DNA of 63,568 bases, the filler included, from Lenisia limosa (taxonomy: Eukaryota > Protista > Breviatea), in the NCBI GenBank assembly GCA_001655205.1. It is 10 parts of 10 records of this genome, joined end to end, with 100 filler letters (N's around TTAATTAATTAA, not from the genome) between each part and the next. Parts side by side here need not be neighbours in the genome. Positions count along the whole stretch, not along the records: positions 59,777 to 61,971 come from LPNZ01006260.1; positions 62,072 to 63,568 come from LPNZ01011108.1; 8 more parts are not named here. One strand, 5' to 3'. The notes beneath the pieces are model-generated. The model did no database searches, was not told the origin of the DNA, and saw nothing but the letters and a program-made list of their open reading frames with translations. This document shows, piece after piece, positions 61,745 through 63,568 of this stretch. Position numbers and translations under genes: made by a program. Every line of letters begins with the position of its first letter. Position 1 is the first letter of the stretch.

Positions 61745-61971
61745 ATGACTACCAAGATTTGTAAGACATGTCAAGAGGAAAAAGATATTTCAAACTATTA
61801 CGCCAATAATAAAGAGAAAACAATTTTCAAACCAAATTGTAAAACTTGTATCAAAAATAAAATTATTGTTCCTAAGGATTTGGATAATAAGAAATGTAAA
61901 ACCTGTCAAATCATTCTTCCAGTTGAAGATTTCTATTTCAATAGTAAAGCTAAGAACACTCGTAAACCAAA
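61745..61971 (+). CDS. ORF C copy 2, truncated by a linker
   Basis: Near-identical to 61355-61581 with a few substitutions (e.g. QTIL vs QIIL) and the same upstream AT-rich leader. Confidence 0.7.
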
Positions 61972-62705
61972 NNNNNNNNNNNNNNNNNNNNNNNNNNNNN
62001 NNNNNNNNNNNNNNNTTAATTAATTAANNNNNNNNNNNNNNNNNNNNNNNNNNNNNNNNNNNNNNNNNNNNATAATAAGGGGAGTGGATTAAGGGGGGAG
62101 CTTCATTCACTTCGGTACGAAAAGACCGGTAAACCATCGAAACATATCGATGATTTATCTAGACTATGGAAAGAGAATTTTTCGAAATACATGTATATAT
62201 CAATAATTTATCGAGAAATTCAGTGTTTTTCTGGTCGGAGTGAAGCACAAGAAGTGAGATTAGAGGGTGTGATTGCCGTGATGTCGCGGGGGGGAGGGTG
62301 TATTCGGTTCGAAAAGATCGGAAATATGATTAGCACCATTAAAACTCTAATTATTGGGACTTGGGCTTCACTTCGGTACGAAAAAATCAGTAGACTTTCG
62401 GAATATTTCGATGATTTATCTAAGTGACCGGTAATCTTGATCGATTGAGAAAAAAAACATTTTTTTGGAATGTTGTTGGGGGTGGGGGTGAAAAGTAGTG
62501 GTAAAATGGAGGAAGGGGGGTTCCAGCATTGATTGTTTTAATTTGGCCTGGGCTTTGTTTGTTTTGCTGCTATCAACCCTCGTGTGCTGTCAGCCAACAG
62601 AGTTGATTTGGGGGGGGGTTNNNNNNNNNNNNNNNNNNNNNNNNNNNNNNNNNNNNNNNNNNNNNNNNNNNNNNNNNNNNNNNNNNNNNNNNNNNNNNNN
62701 NNNCG

Positions 62706-62855
62706 TTCCGCGCCACCAACGTCTTGCCTGAGGGCTGGGAGTTTGGTGACAGTTCTGACTCTGAAATCCCCGATAACTCCGATAACGAGGATGAGGATGA
62801 TGAGGAGGACAAGGAATCAGAGGGAAACCCTGGAGGAACCTCTCCCCAATCATGA
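62706..62855 (+). CDS. Probable terminal exon of an unidentified gene (acidic tail)
   Basis: FRATNVLPEGWEFGDSSDSEIPDNSDNEDEDDEEDKESEGNPGGTSPQS* (TGA 62853-62855); upstream part lies in an N gap. Confidence 0.45.
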   Translation, partial: FRATNVLPEGWEFGDSSDSEIPDNSDNEDEDDEEDKESEGNPGGTSPQS

Positions 62856-63568
62856 ATCTGCCCAACTTATGCATTCTCTTTTGTTTCTTTTTTTTGTATT
62901 TCTAGTTTATTTGCTGTGTGTTTTTTATTATTATTATTGTCTGCTATTAAACCTTCATCATTTCGAAATGTGTCTGTTTTGGGCTTACGTGTGCGGGGGA
63001 GGGGACAGTGTTTTTAGAAACGTGTTGGTGAGGAGACAGCACATCACCTCATCGACTTGGGATTCCCAATATGGGAATTCCATCGTTCTCAAAAGAATCC
63101 CAAGTCAATAGGCCGTAGTGTTCATAAGAATCCCGATGTGAGACATACATTTTTTTCTGGCTGAAGCTGTCCAAACCATTCCGCTTTGAGATAGAGTATC
63201 TGGCAAAAGTTCCACAACGAGAGGATTATTAATGGTGTTCATTCTCCCACAATGCACACACGATCCTGACACGGATACGAGCTTGATATTTTTTCAATCG
63301 TCATTCGCGACCAGTGAAAGGAATATTGAGAATCGGGCTTTACTGTAAAAAAATGTTTCATATAATCATTTATCACAAGTAAAACAAAACACATAAATAC
63401 TTAGACAGTAAAAACCTCTACTTCAGGCCTGATCCATCTGAAGTGTTATTATTGAGCAAAATTATCATCATTTCCTCATATTACCCCCCTCAATCCCATA
63501 TAAGATAAGCTCGGATTTCATACTTTGTATAAGATCAGATTCCATACTTTAAGCTCGGATTTCTTATC

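Overview
Draft eukaryotic genomic sequence, not a contiguous locus. Nine identical 100-nt artificial linkers (44 N + TTAATTAATTAA + 44 N) join ten contigs, so adjacency across linkers has no biological meaning. The host is intron-dense (GT-AG introns, exons mostly 50-150 nt, CTRAC branch motifs near acceptors), so the six-frame ORF track is largely uninformative and I spliced genes by hand; exon boundaries are approximate. Recognisable genes: THADA/Trm732 (3' part), an ABHD1/2/3-like hydrolase, an SLC26/SulP transporter with STAS domain (3' part), a NUDT6-like Nudix hydrolase, PTPMT1, a secreted fibrinogen-like YCD-motif protein, a secreted protein resembling a bacterial hypothetical family, a cathepsin C-like pseudogene, a copine-like C2 pseudogene, a TDRD9/Spindle-E-like DExH helicase apparently lacking Tudor, a RING-HC protein, an internal fragment of dynein-2 heavy chain (implying a flagellated lineage) and an ankyrin-repeat gene start. 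Mobile DNA: a ~100-bp hAT-like MITE family, a 1.45-kb TIR element with TA duplication, a 193-bp TIR element, a Tc1/IS630 transposase remnant and two other short dispersed repeat families. One contig (59777-61971) is very AT-rich and carries small intronless ORFs, including tandem CxxC zinc-ribbon ORFs; it looks like endogenous Polinton-like or giant-virus DNA. All family assignments come from recalled motifs, not database searches, and I cannot name the species.
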